DNA from: Octopus vulgaris
Lineage: Eukaryota
Direction of reading: 5' to 3'
Assembly: GCA_951406725.2 (NCBI GenBank)
Contig: OX597817.1
Span: 22,444,001 to 22,508,000 of the forward strand
Length of the DNA stretch: 64,000 nucleotides
In this document: one piece after another, positions 40,301-50,619 of the stretch
How the letters are laid out: the number at the start of each line of letters is the position of its first letter
How positions within the stretch are numbered: position 1 is the stretch's first letter
Notes under the pieces: model-generated
What the model saw: only the letters and a program-made list of their open reading frames with translations
What the model was told of the DNA's origin: nothing
Database searches by the model: none
Position numbers and translations under genes: made by a program

Positions 40301-40883
40301 GTCATTGTAAGGGTGTAGGTTTCATTTGTGATGGTTGTTTGTTGGTGATTTTTAATATGTTCTGTATATTTGGGTTAGTTATGTATTATTCTAGTGTGTA
40401 TAATTGTATACATATGATTGGTGTAAGTGGGATTAAACCCATTTTTGGGGATGTATGTGTTTATTTGTCCGTATGGGGCGGGAGTGGCCGTTTGGTGTAT
40501 ATTTTGAGGCTCACATGCAATTCCAGGTACGCGCGAATGAAGTGGGCACTTATATTTGTTATGGGTGTGTATACTTTATTATAACAGACAATACCCAAAT
40601 AAAATCTGTCAATTCAACATACCAAATGAAAAACAAAAAACAAAGGGATCGTAAACATTCACACATACATACAAAACTCAATAAAAACACCACTAAATAA
40701 CACCCATCAACATATAAATATATCCTCCAAAATACATATAATAAATGCATAATAAAAATACATAATAAAATAAAATTTAAAAAAAAAATATATAAATAAA
40801 GAAAATAAAAAAAATCTAATATAAATTATTAAAGTTTTAACATACCATAAACTGTTATATTAATATACATTAAAAATGAACTA
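37380..40883 (-). repeat. Left inverted arm of the PLE (~3.5 kb)
   Basis: Reverse complement of 43572-47100. It starts TATAAAATATTATTAGAGACAAAACC and ends ...TACATTAAAAATGAACTA. The ORF track shows mirrored spurious ORFs (39200- vs 45068+, 40455+ vs 43755-). Confidence 0.95.
37477..37519 (-). ncRNA. Minimal type I hammerhead ribozyme (left arm)
   Basis: Exact reverse complement of 46961-47003. Confidence 0.88.
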
Positions 40884-40938
40884 TTATATAATATTGATAA
40901 TTTTGTATATTGAGTGTAATACCTCAATTTCGTAAATT

Positions 40939-43458
40939 ATGGATTTTACAGGTAAGATAGAACCGCTGTTTTGGGATTCATCTTTGAAAGATATTCCTAT
41001 TCCTTCTAGAAAGGAATTTATCTTGAAACTTGTTAATAATGTTAAGGATTTTATTTCTAGAATTAAATGGAAAGCTTTTTACTATAATTTTTATTTATTT
41101 AATGATATTGATAGTAGGAATGATAATTTTACCTCTAAATTTAAATCTAGAAAGGAACCTCCATTTAATAAAGAATTACAATTACTTGAAGATAGTATAT
41201 GGAAGGTGGTAAAAAATATTGAATTCCATAAATACCCAAATAGAAATAATGAATATTTAAGGAATTTAGCAATTAAAATTAAAGATATGAGAAATATGGA
41301 TGGTATTATAGTACAATCTGATAAAACAAGGAACCTATATAAATTAGATGTTAAATTATATGATAAACTATTAGGAAAAGAAATAATTAAAAAATATAAA
41401 ATTGTTCCAGATGATATTCTTTATAATATTAATAAGGCCTCTAAAGCAGTAATGTTAAAATATGAGTTGGATAATAAAACTGAACCTTATGTACCTTTGC
41501 ACCCCAGAATTACTCTTAAAGACCATAAAGATAATTTTTATTCAGACCCTAAAGTTAGATTAATTTGCCCATGTAAATCGGACCTAGGTAAATTAAGTAA
41601 ATTTATTTTAGATAAATATATTGATAAGTTAAATAAACTTAATTATTTAAAATTATGGTTTAGTAATAATAATACATTGAAATGGTTTAATAATATTAAA
41701 GATAAAAATCGTTATAAATTTATTCAAATAGATATAGATAATTATTATTCTTCTATTAATGAAATTGTATTTAATAAAGCGCTTATTTTCGCAATGAATA
41801 AAGTGGGTATGTCACGGGAAGAAGTTAATGTAATTAAAATGGCTAGGAAATCGCTAATTAAATATAAAAATAAATTATGGGCTAGGAATGATACTAGAGA
41901 TTGTTTTGATATACCTACGGGAGCACCAGATTCTGCACAGGCTACTGATTTAGTAGGTATTTTTCTTTTATCTGAACTCCAATTAGAAAATCTTAAGATA
42001 GAGGGTGGTTTATATAGAGACGATCTTCTACTAGTTACAAAGAATTGTACTAATAGGAATCTAGAAGTATATAAGAAAAAACTATATAGTTTCTTTAAAA
42101 GATATGGTTTAAGTATTACTATATATAAGGAGAATTATAATGTTAATTATTTAGATGTTAATTTTAATCTTATTACAGGTAAAACACAACCATATCATAA
42201 ACTTAATGAGAACCTTAGATATATAAATGTTAATAGTAATCACCCATTTTCTATTAAAAAATCGTTGATTAATAATATAAGTAAACGTATTTCATTACTC
42301 TCTTATGATATAGAGATTTTTAATAAACATGCTAATTATTATAATGAGGCCCTTAGAGGGGCAGGTTATAATAGGAATATTAAATTTTATAATATTAGTG
42401 ATAAAGATTTAATTGATAATTTTCGAGATACTTCTAATAATAATTATAATTTTGTTAGGTTTAGTGGTAAAAATAATAGATATTATAAAAAAAATAATAA
42501 AAATGATAAAAATATAAATAAGAATAATAATAATAATAATAAATATAATAATAATAATAATATAAATAAGAATAATAAAAATAAAAATAAATTTAATAAT
42601 TATTATAATAATTATATTGATAAAATTAATAATATTAATAATTCCTTAAATGCTGTACATAGATATAATTTTGATAATAATTTTAATAAAATAAAGAATT
42701 ATAAATATATTTATAATAATGATAATAATAATAAGGTTAATAAGAATAAAATTTGGTTAATAGTTCCTTATGGAGATCAAGTAAAAACGAATATTATTAA
42801 AGAGATTTTAGATGTTATAGAACTATTTATTAGAGATAATCGTAAATATAGAAACATTTTCTCTTTTAATAATTTTGGAGTTGGTTATTCTACCACTAAT
42901 AATGTTGGTAACATTATTTCTTCATTTAATAAATATAAACTGAATAATTTTTATAAAAAGAAATTATTTGATAATAATATTAATAATGATAAAACTTATA
43001 TTAATTGTACATGTAGAGATAAATCTAATTGTATATTAAATAATAATTGTGATATTAACGATGTAGTGTATAAATGTATAGTTACATTACATGATAATAA
43101 CTTTAAGAATAATAATTACCCAAAAGCGGTTTATATAGGTTCTACTTCCTCAAAAATAAAACTAAGAATCGCACAACATATGAATTCTTTTAAAAATAAA
43201 AACTTAATCAACTCAACCGGACTTAGTAAGTACATTTGGAGTCTTAAATCACTAAATATTAATTATAGTTTAATTTGGGAAATAATTTGTAAAACTAAAT
43301 CATATACTATAGGAGCTAATTGTTGTTATTTATGCTCTAATGAGTTTAAAGAAATTTTATTTTATAAGTATGATAATTTACTTAATACTGGTGAAGAGCG
43401 CAAAATAAAATGCAGACATAAGTTACTTTACCCATATAATAAGTTTCATGATAAATAG
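40939..43458 (+). CDS. PLE polyprotein: reverse transcriptase, Asn-rich linker, Cys-rich motif, C-terminal GIY-YIG endonuclease (839 aa)
   Basis: RT motifs FIQIDIDNYYSSI (A), IPTGAPDS (B), GLYRDDLL (C), NYLDVNF (E); PLE thumb YINVNSNHPFSI; linker CTCRDKSNC; endonuclease VVYKC...VYIGST...RIAQH...E...LLN. This is the only long, complex ORF in the window. Confidence 0.95.
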   Translation: MDFTGKIEPLFWDSSLKDIPIPSRKEFILKLVNNVKDFISRIKWKAFYYNFYLFNDIDSRNDNFTSKFKSRKEPPFNKELQLLEDSIWKVVKNIEFHKYPNRNNEYLRNLAIKIKDMRNMDGIIVQSDKTRNLYKLDVKLYDKLLGKEIIKKYKIVPDDILYNINKASKAVMLKYELDNKTEPYVPLHPRITLKDHKDNFYSDPKVRLICPCKSDLGKLSKFILDKYIDKLNKLNYLKLWFSNNNTLKWFNNIKDKNRYKFIQIDIDNYYSSINEIVFNKALIFAMNKVGMSREEVNVIKMARKSLIKYKNKLWARNDTRDCFDIPTGAPDSAQATDLVGIFLLSELQLENLKIEGGLYRDDLLLVTKNCTNRNLEVYKKKLYSFFKRYGLSITIYKENYNVNYLDVNFNLITGKTQPYHKLNENLRYINVNSNHPFSIKKSLINNISKRISLLSYDIEIFNKHANYYNEALRGAGYNRNIKFYNISDKDLIDNFRDTSNNNYNFVRFSGKNNRYYKKNNKNDKNINKNNNNNNKYNNNNNINKNNKNKNKFNNYYNNYIDKINNINNSLNAVHRYNFDNNFNKIKNYKYIYNNDNNNKVNKNKIWLIVPYGDQVKTNIIKEILDVIELFIRDNRKYRNIFSFNNFGVGYSTTNNVGNIISSFNKYKLNNFYKKKLFDNNINNDKTYINCTCRDKSNCILNNNCDINDVVYKCIVTLHDNNFKNNNYPKAVYIGSTSSKIKLRIAQHMNSFKNKNLINSTGLSKYIWSLKSLNINYSLIWEIICKTKSYTIGANCCYLCSNEFKEILFYKYDNLLNTGEERKIKCRHKLLYPYNKFHDK

Positions 43459-43571
43459 CAATAATAGTTCCCTATTAGATTACTTTAGTTTAGTTTAAAT
43501 AATATATTTTTTGGTTATGTAGTCTAGGCTTTAATTATAGTTAGTCTTTATTGATATTTCTTTGTTTTAAT

Positions 43572-46500
43572 TAGTTCATTTTTAATGTATATTAATATAA
43601 CAGTTTATGGTATGTTAAAACTTTTATAATTTATATTAGATTTTTTTATTTTCTTTATTTATATAGTTTTTTATTTTTATTTTATTTTAGTATGTATTTT
43701 TATTATGCATTTGTTATATGTATTTTAGAGGATATATTTATATGTTGATGGGTGTTATTTAGTGGCGTTTTTATTGAGTTTTGTATGTATGTGTGAATGT
43801 TTACGATCCCTTTGTTTTTTGTTTTTCATTTGGTATGTTGAATTGACAGATTTTATTTGGGTATTGTCTGTTATAATAAAGTATACACACCCATAACAAA
43901 TATAAGTGCCCACTTCATTCGCACGTACCTGGAATTGCATGTGAGCCTCAAAATATACACCAAACGGCCACTCCCGCCCCATACGGACAAATAAACACAT
44001 ACATCCCCAAAAATGGGTTTAATCCCACTTACACCAATCATATGTATACAATTATACACACTAGAATAATACATAACTAACCCAAATATACAGAACATAT
44101 TAAAAATCACCAACAAACAACCATCACAAATGAAACCTACACCCATACAATGACAAAACTCCCCCTCCATACCCAATTTACACCCACATAGCAATCCCAA
44201 TATATTCATCCATACATGGACGCACGTGCGTGAAGCACATGCACACAAAAAATACGTACAACCCCCCAATACACACTCATATACATACGTATTAAGCTCG
44301 ACATCCACAGCAATACGCATACACCCACTCACACCCAGATGGGTGAATTGCACAACCAGGGAACGCACACACACGTGTGCGTATTTTGATTGTGCAACTC
44401 GCCCATATGCATGTATGCGGGCGCGATTACATTGTTGCACATATCGAGCCCAACTAGCATGCATATGTACATGTGAGGGGGTACACGTACATGCCGTGCG
44501 CGTGTACCCCCTGCATTTATACCCGTGCGTGAATATACACATGGAGACTACCACACAGGTACAAATGTGTATAGTAATGGGAGCCCCATCACTACACTTA
44601 ATGTATACTCTCACCCATCCGCACGGATGTGAAAGCGAATCTTCGGTGTATATGTTGAGGCTTATATGTAGAGCTGTGGAGGTGAACGTCGTTGAAATTG
44701 TGAATGAATGGGTGGAGTTGGGAATTGTAACCAGGTGGTGGGCTAGCGTTGCTTGGAATTGGGAATGGAATAGTGTAGTAGTAAGGCAGGCATCGAGAAT
44801 AGATTTGGGTTACTGCAAGTTGTTTGTTAGAGCTGCTAAGATGAGCTAAAGCTCATAAATGTATATAATAATTTATTATTATGGTAGTTTTATTAAAGAA
44901 TCCATTCATAATAAAATTTTTTTAAGTAGTGATGGTTTGCCACGTGGATATAGTTTTTAGTTCCATTTATTCTATTTCTCCATTCATAATTTTAAATGAC
45001 GTTTACTTTCCATGGCGCGTATTCTTTTTTTACATAAGTTATATTTCTATGGTAACGTAATTTTGGTTTGATTTTTTTAACGACTAAGAATTTAATTTCA
45101 CTTCATAATTTGAAACTGACTTGTAAGTATGTATTTTATTTCTCCTTATGTCATATTGTTATTTTTGATATTCTGGTTAATTACGATGTATCTAATGTTG
45201 TTTTTTATTGGAGTGTTTATGTATATGAGATTGTGTGTGACTTTTTAGTTGTATAATTTATTTATCTGTATGAGTGTGGGTGTGTAAATATTGTTGTATA
45301 TATCGAGTTTAGTGAGTATGTATATGCGTATATTGAGGGAGTATATGTATCTGTTGTGTGTGTGTGTGTTTTGCGTGTGTGTGTGTTTGTGTGTGAATGT
45401 GTATATGGGTTTGTTATTTAGGTTTTGGGATGTATGTGTTAATTTGTCTCTGTGGGGAGGGAGTGGGTTTTTGGTGTATATTGAGGTTTATAAGTTAGTA
45501 TAGGTATGTGTATAAGTTGTGGGTCTGTGGTTTACGTGTGTGTTTTTTTGTGTGTGAATGTTTAGGTTAGGGGGATTGCTATATAGGTTTGTTATAGAGT
45601 TTAGCAAAGGGAGATTTTATCGTTATATGTTTTTAAGAGTTCTGGTTTATCATGTTTTTTTTTAGGGAATTCGTGGTAATTTGTCTATTTTCGATGTTGG
45701 TTGTTTTATTACATTGTTTCATTCATAATTTTTGAGTGGTGTTCGTTTTGCCACGTGAATATTATTTTTAATTCCATTTATTCCATTTCTCCATTCATTA
45801 TTTTGAAGATGTTCGTTTCCAGAGCGGTTATATATTTTTTATACATATGTTAAGTTCCTTGGTAAAGTAATTTTGTTTGGTGTATATGTTGAGGCTTATA
45901 TGTACTTGTGGGTGTGTGTGAGTGGGGTGGGTGTTTGTATTTGTTATGGGTGTGTGGTTTACGTGTGTGTATTTGTGTGTGAATGTATAGGTTAAAGGGA
46001 TTGCTATATAAGTATGTTATAGTGTTTAGTAAAGGGAGGTTTTATCATTTATGTTTTTTGAGTTTTAGCTTATCATGGTAGTTTTATAAAAGAATCCATT
46101 CATAATTTTTGTGTTTATTTGTCTGTGTGGGGTTGAGTGGGTTTTTGGAGTATATGTTGAGGTTTATATGTATGTATAGGTATGTGTAAGTGGTGTGGGT
46201 ATTTGTATATGTCGTGGGTGTGTGGTTTATGTGTGTGTATTTGTGTGTGAATGTTTAGGTTAGGGGGATTGCTATATAGGTATGTTATAGAGTTTAGTAA
46301 AGGGAGATGTTATCATTATATGTTTTTATGAGTTTTGGTTTATCATGGTAGGTTTGTTAAGGAATTCGTAGTAATTTGTGTCTATTTGCGATGTCTGTTG
46401 TTTTATTGCATTGTTTCATTCATAATTTTTAAGTAGTGTTCGTTTTACCAAGTGAATATAATTTTTAATTCCATTTATTCCATTTCTCCGTTCATAATTT

Positions 46501-47100
46501 TAAGTGATGTCCGTTTTCTAGAGCGTGAATGTGGGTTGTATGTGTGTGTGTGTGGGAGTATGAATAAGTATTGTGTTGAAGTATTTAGCTATTTTATTTA
46601 TTTATAGTTGCCTAGACGTTTTTATGTGTATGTATAGGGATATATATATAGGTGTGTGATTTAGTGTATGTAGTTAGATATGGTTATATATAATTAGGTA
46701 TATGTGTATGGGTGTATATATAGTTTATTATTATATTATTATTTTTTTGTTTTGTTTTATATTTTATATTTTATATTTTATATTTTATATTTAATTGTTG
46801 ATAGGTTTATTTTAGTTTATATATTGTTTATATATTGATTATATATGGATTATATATAGGTTATATATGGATTATATATTTATATTTTTTCATTCATACT
46901 TTAATTATTTTAAAATTATTATTTTTATATTTTAAAATATTGATATTTTAGATTGGAAGTCCACCTGAAGATTGTCGATCAAGACAAGAAACAATTGTAG
47001 TGGCGATTTTTTTGATTATTTATTAAAATTTTATGTATTGATTAAGTCTTTCCTTGTTTGTTTTGCAAAATAGTGGTTTTGTCTCTAATAATATTTTATA
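43572..47100 (+). repeat. Right inverted arm / long 3' region of the PLE (~3.5 kb)
   Basis: Starts TAGTTCATTTTTAATGTA, 113 bp after the stop codon, and ends GGTTTTGTCTCTAATAATATTTTATA at (TA)n. Mostly G/T-rich with internal subrepeats. Confidence 0.95.
46961..47003 (+). ncRNA. Minimal type I hammerhead ribozyme (right arm)
   Basis: CCAC-CTGAAGA-TTGTC(gatcaa)GACAA-GAAA-CAATTG-TA-GTGG: stem I, CUGANGA core, stem II, GAAA, palindromic mini stem III and a GUA cleavage triplet. Confidence 0.88.
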
Positions 47101-47101
47101 T

Positions 47102-47133
<32 letters not shown>

Positions 47134-47345
47134 CGCTATGGGCTCCATGTGGGCAGTCATCTAAAAGTTTTTGTGCATTTTGATGCTGACATAAGTTCCT
47201 TGTTTTTCCTGATGAGAAGGTGGCATAATGCACCCCTTATTCCTTCGAAATTAGGAATATGCAGCCTTCGAAACTTATGTTGAAAATAAAGGAATTTTGT
47301 TAATTCATCGTTCAACTCCATTTTTTCATTTATCTATATATACAT

Positions 47346-47384
<39 letters not shown>

Positions 47385-47849
47385 TATATACATAACTAGA
47401 TAGATAGCTAGATAGATTGATTCATTTAAGCAGCTTTTGTATGAGAGGATTTTCTTATTGTGAAACCTTATTCCAAACAAGGTAATATTTCCCCATAGTT
47501 TCCTGGAAGACTGGAAATAAACAACATCACTACTTTGGTGGACATGCTTGAATACAATCATCACGTAACGTCAAAATATCAATCGTTAAAACAGAACTGA
47601 AACACAAAAAGAAAAATAATCCACCTTTTTATTATTAAGGACACACATCTACATGCTCACACACATTCACATTCTCATGTGCACGCGTGCACATGCACAC
47701 TCTCACACACACACACATCAGGTGCAAAACCTGATGAAAATACTAGATGTGGACTAAAATGTGATTTTTATTGCAGCTGAAAAAGTTTCACAAACTGTTT
47801 CTCAGTGTTTCACATAAAGGTTTGTCAAACAGTCATCTATCTATCTAAC

Positions 47850-48189
47850 ATATAACAATATTGACCGAGGTTACCGTGGTCTTTTTCGTAGGCTCTTCTT
47901 CCCGCGGATAAACCTTATCTGCTTCCCCCTTTACACCGTACATCATGACACTGTGATACACGATCCCTATTGATCGTTTTTTTTCCTCTTCCCCTTTTTT
48001 TCCTCTTTTTTCTTTTTTCGTTTCTTTTGTTTCTTTTCCTTTTTTTTCTTCTTTTATTCTTTTTTCCCTTTTACGATCCCTTTTGATCGAAAACCTACAC
48101 CACTTTTTTTTTTTTCATCCCCCAAAAGAAAAGCTCTACCTTGTAATTTGTCCCATCTGTGTGCAGCCCTGTGTGGCAAATAAAGAAAC

Positions 48190-48190
<1 letters not shown>
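47850..48190 (+). mobile_element. L1/Tx1-like LINE 3' UTR fragment in (TATC)n
   Basis: Homologous to 52470-52772. (TATC)n on both sides. Confidence 0.8.
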
Positions 48191-48265
<75 letters not shown>

Positions 48266-48270
48266 ATACA

Positions 48271-48672
48271 TATGAGAGGAATGATCACTATGTGGACAAC
48301 CCTTATGCTAGAAGTAGATCCGCTATGGTCTTACCACTAAGGAATGTTCTCAAGAAAATTTAGCAAATACCAGAACGTTAACTGTTAATAGTGAAACATG
48401 TTTATGGTTAATCTATATTTTTTTTACTTTTCATTTGTCTTGCTCGCTTACGTTCTGGTGTTTGCTAAATATTCTTGAGAACATTCCTTAGTGATAAGAC
48501 CATAGAGGATCTACTTCTAGTATAAGGGTTGTCCACATAGTAGTCATCCCTCTCATACGTATGTACTACAATTTTCTGAACCTTCAGATTTTAATATGCT
48601 AGACCACTGGTTTTAAATTGAATGTTAATGAAATTAATATCCAATTCTTCACCTTCATTTTAAATTTAAATC
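48271..48672 (+). mobile_element. Hairpin-plus-tail insertion, second family
   Basis: Inverted arms at ~48271-48378 and 48450-48557, then a tail TTTTCTGAA..TTCAGATTTT..TATGCTAG..ACTGGTTTTAAATTGA shared with 37089-37198. Confidence 0.7.
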
Positions 48673-48685
48673 ATATAAATATAAA

Positions 48686-49976
48686 CATAGGGTCTGGTGA
48701 ATGAATTGTCGTCTAAATCATGCAAAATGAAAATAACACTGACGTCTCATTTTAGCAGGTATATTTACCAAGATTACATAGAAATATCTTGAAATACTAA
48801 AGAGGTGCAGGAGTGGCTGTGTGGTAAGTAGCTTGCTTACCAGCCACATGGTTCCGGGTTCAGTCCCACTGCGTGGCATCTTGGGTAGTGTCTTCTGCTA
48901 TAGCCCCGGGCCGACCAATGCCTTGTGAGTGGATTTGGTAGATGGAAACTGAAAGAAGCCTGTCGTATATATGTATATATATATATATATGTGTGTGTTT
49001 GTCCCCCTAGCATTGCTTGACAACTGATGCTGGTGTGTTTACGTCCCCATCACTTAGCGGCAAAAGAGACCGATAGAATAAGTACTGGGCTTACCAAGAA
49101 TAAGTCCTGGGGTCGATTTGCTCGACTAAAGGCAGTGCTCCAGCATGGCCGCAGTCAAATGACTGAAACAAGTAAAAGAGAAAAGAGAGAGAGAGAGTAA
49201 ATTTATTCAATAAAATCACTATTGGCTTCAATTACGGCCAATAGACGAGTTTGAAATCTTCTGCAACTCTTCTGGAAGGTCTCCTTGTTTAAGTTGGGGA
49301 ATGCTGACATAATGCTTGCCTTCAGTTCATCTTTGGTATAACAAGGAGATTTGTTGGTCTCTCACTCAAATGCATCCTACACATAGTAATGAAGTGGTTT
49401 GCAGTGCGAGGAGTTATGTGGCCAGATGTTAGTGGTGATGTGGTTGTAGAAATTGTCTGATAGCCATGAATGTGTTCTCCTACTTGTGCGGCTTGGTGTA
49501 GAGTCCTGTTGCCAGACACAGGGTGTTCCAGCAGCCACCTTCTTGATCCAGAGCAGCACTACCTACTCCGGGCACTTGATGTAGGCCTCCGTGTGGAATC
49601 TGAGACTCTGTATAAAGATGAATGGAGGCAAAACATCGCCATCGCTAGTGATCACTCCAAACATCATGATGTTGAGTGGATGTTTGATTTTTATCACTCT
49701 CGATCACTCTCGGTACATGTGTTGGGGACATAGCAAACCAACGGTTGTTCTGTGTCTTCATCTGTTTGTAGTGGAGCTTCCAGCATTAGTGCCAAGCAGC
49801 ACAGCATATCGTTTCAAAATTTCTGGCAGAGTGAATTGCATCATAGTGCTGTTTTTCTCACAGACAGTGCCCAACTAACCCTACTTTACTGTGTAGTCAA
49901 TAAAATCAAAAACAAACAATATGCACGTGTGAAATTAAAGATAAAAATGGCAACAATTTACCGATCACACTCTGTA
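48686..49976 (-). mobile_element. Tc1/mariner (maT, DD37D-type) transposon relic interrupted by a SINE
   Basis: VWQQDSTPSRTS...IWPHNSSHCKPLHYYV has 37 residues between the second catalytic D and the (mutated) third position. Imperfect CAG.GT.TG..AATTGT termini. Confidence 0.75.
48802..49195 (+). mobile_element. SINE family B
   Basis: GGAGTGGCTGTGTGGTAAG A box, GGGTTCAGTCCC B box and GACTGAAACAAGTAAAAGAG tail. Confidence 0.92.
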
Positions 49977-50014
49977 TATACATGTACATAGGTATGCATG
50001 TATGTGTGTGCATA

Positions 50015-50058
<44 letters not shown>

Positions 50059-50061
50059 CGA

Positions 50062-50286
50062 GCGAGCTGGCAGGAACGTTAGCACGCCGGGCGAAATGCG
50101 TAGCCGTATTTCGTCTGCCATTATGTTCTGGGTTCAAATTCCGCCGTGGTCGACTTTGCCTTTCATCCTTTCGGGGTCGATAAATTAAGTACCAGTTACG
50201 CACTGAGGTCGATGTAATCAACTTAATCCGTTTGTCTGTCCTCGTTTGTCCCCTCTGCATTTAGCCCCTTGTGGGTAGTAAAGAAA
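50062..50286 (+). mobile_element. SINE family A
   Basis: Full-length copy. Confidence 0.9.
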
Positions 50287-50619
50287 TATATATATGCACA
50301 TACACACACACACACACACATATATAATGAATGAGGGAAATGGAAAATGGGGTTTGCAAGAATCTTTATTCAACACAATGGTTGTTTTCATTGATCATGC
50401 ATTTGACCATTGAAGGTGCAACATTGTACAAGTAGCTGTGTTGACGCAACCAGTGCAGAATGCATCTCATCAGGTGTCTCATTCTAAATAAGATAACTTA
50501 CTAAATTCGTATGGTATGTTTGTGTCAACCACAAGTTGTTGGCTATATGGATGGAGGATGGATACAATTTCCATGTTATAACCAGTAAACAAATCTGGCT
50601 ATAGTTTACAATGAATGCA

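Larger units (their letters stand above)
37300..47100 (+). mobile_element. Penelope-like retroelement (PLE) with ~3.5 kb inverted arms, inserted in (TA)n
   Basis: Intact RT+GIY-YIG ORF flanked by reverse-complement arms 37380-40883 and 43572-47100. There is a hammerhead motif near each outer end, (TA)n on both flanks, and an unpaired ~80 bp tail at 37300-37379. Confidence 0.93.

Noticed and set aside
40939-43458. Telomerase RT or organellar group II intron maturase (AT-rich RT)
   Set aside because: The C-terminal GIY-YIG, SNHP thumb motif and hammerheads indicate a PLE. No TERT T-motif or HNH domain is evident.
43871-44849. Overlapping 247-aa (-) and 207-aa (+) ORFs in the right arm as accessory genes
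   Set aside because: Their C/V/Y/H/T-rich composition reflects alternating purine-pyrimidine DNA. They have no recognisable domain, and both are frameshifted in the left-arm copy.
37300-47100. Polinton/Maverick, foldback DNA transposon or linear plasmid, suggested by the long TIRs
   Set aside because: There is no DDE transposase, integrase or protein-primed polB. The only ORF is RT+GIY-YIG, and the ends are asymmetric.
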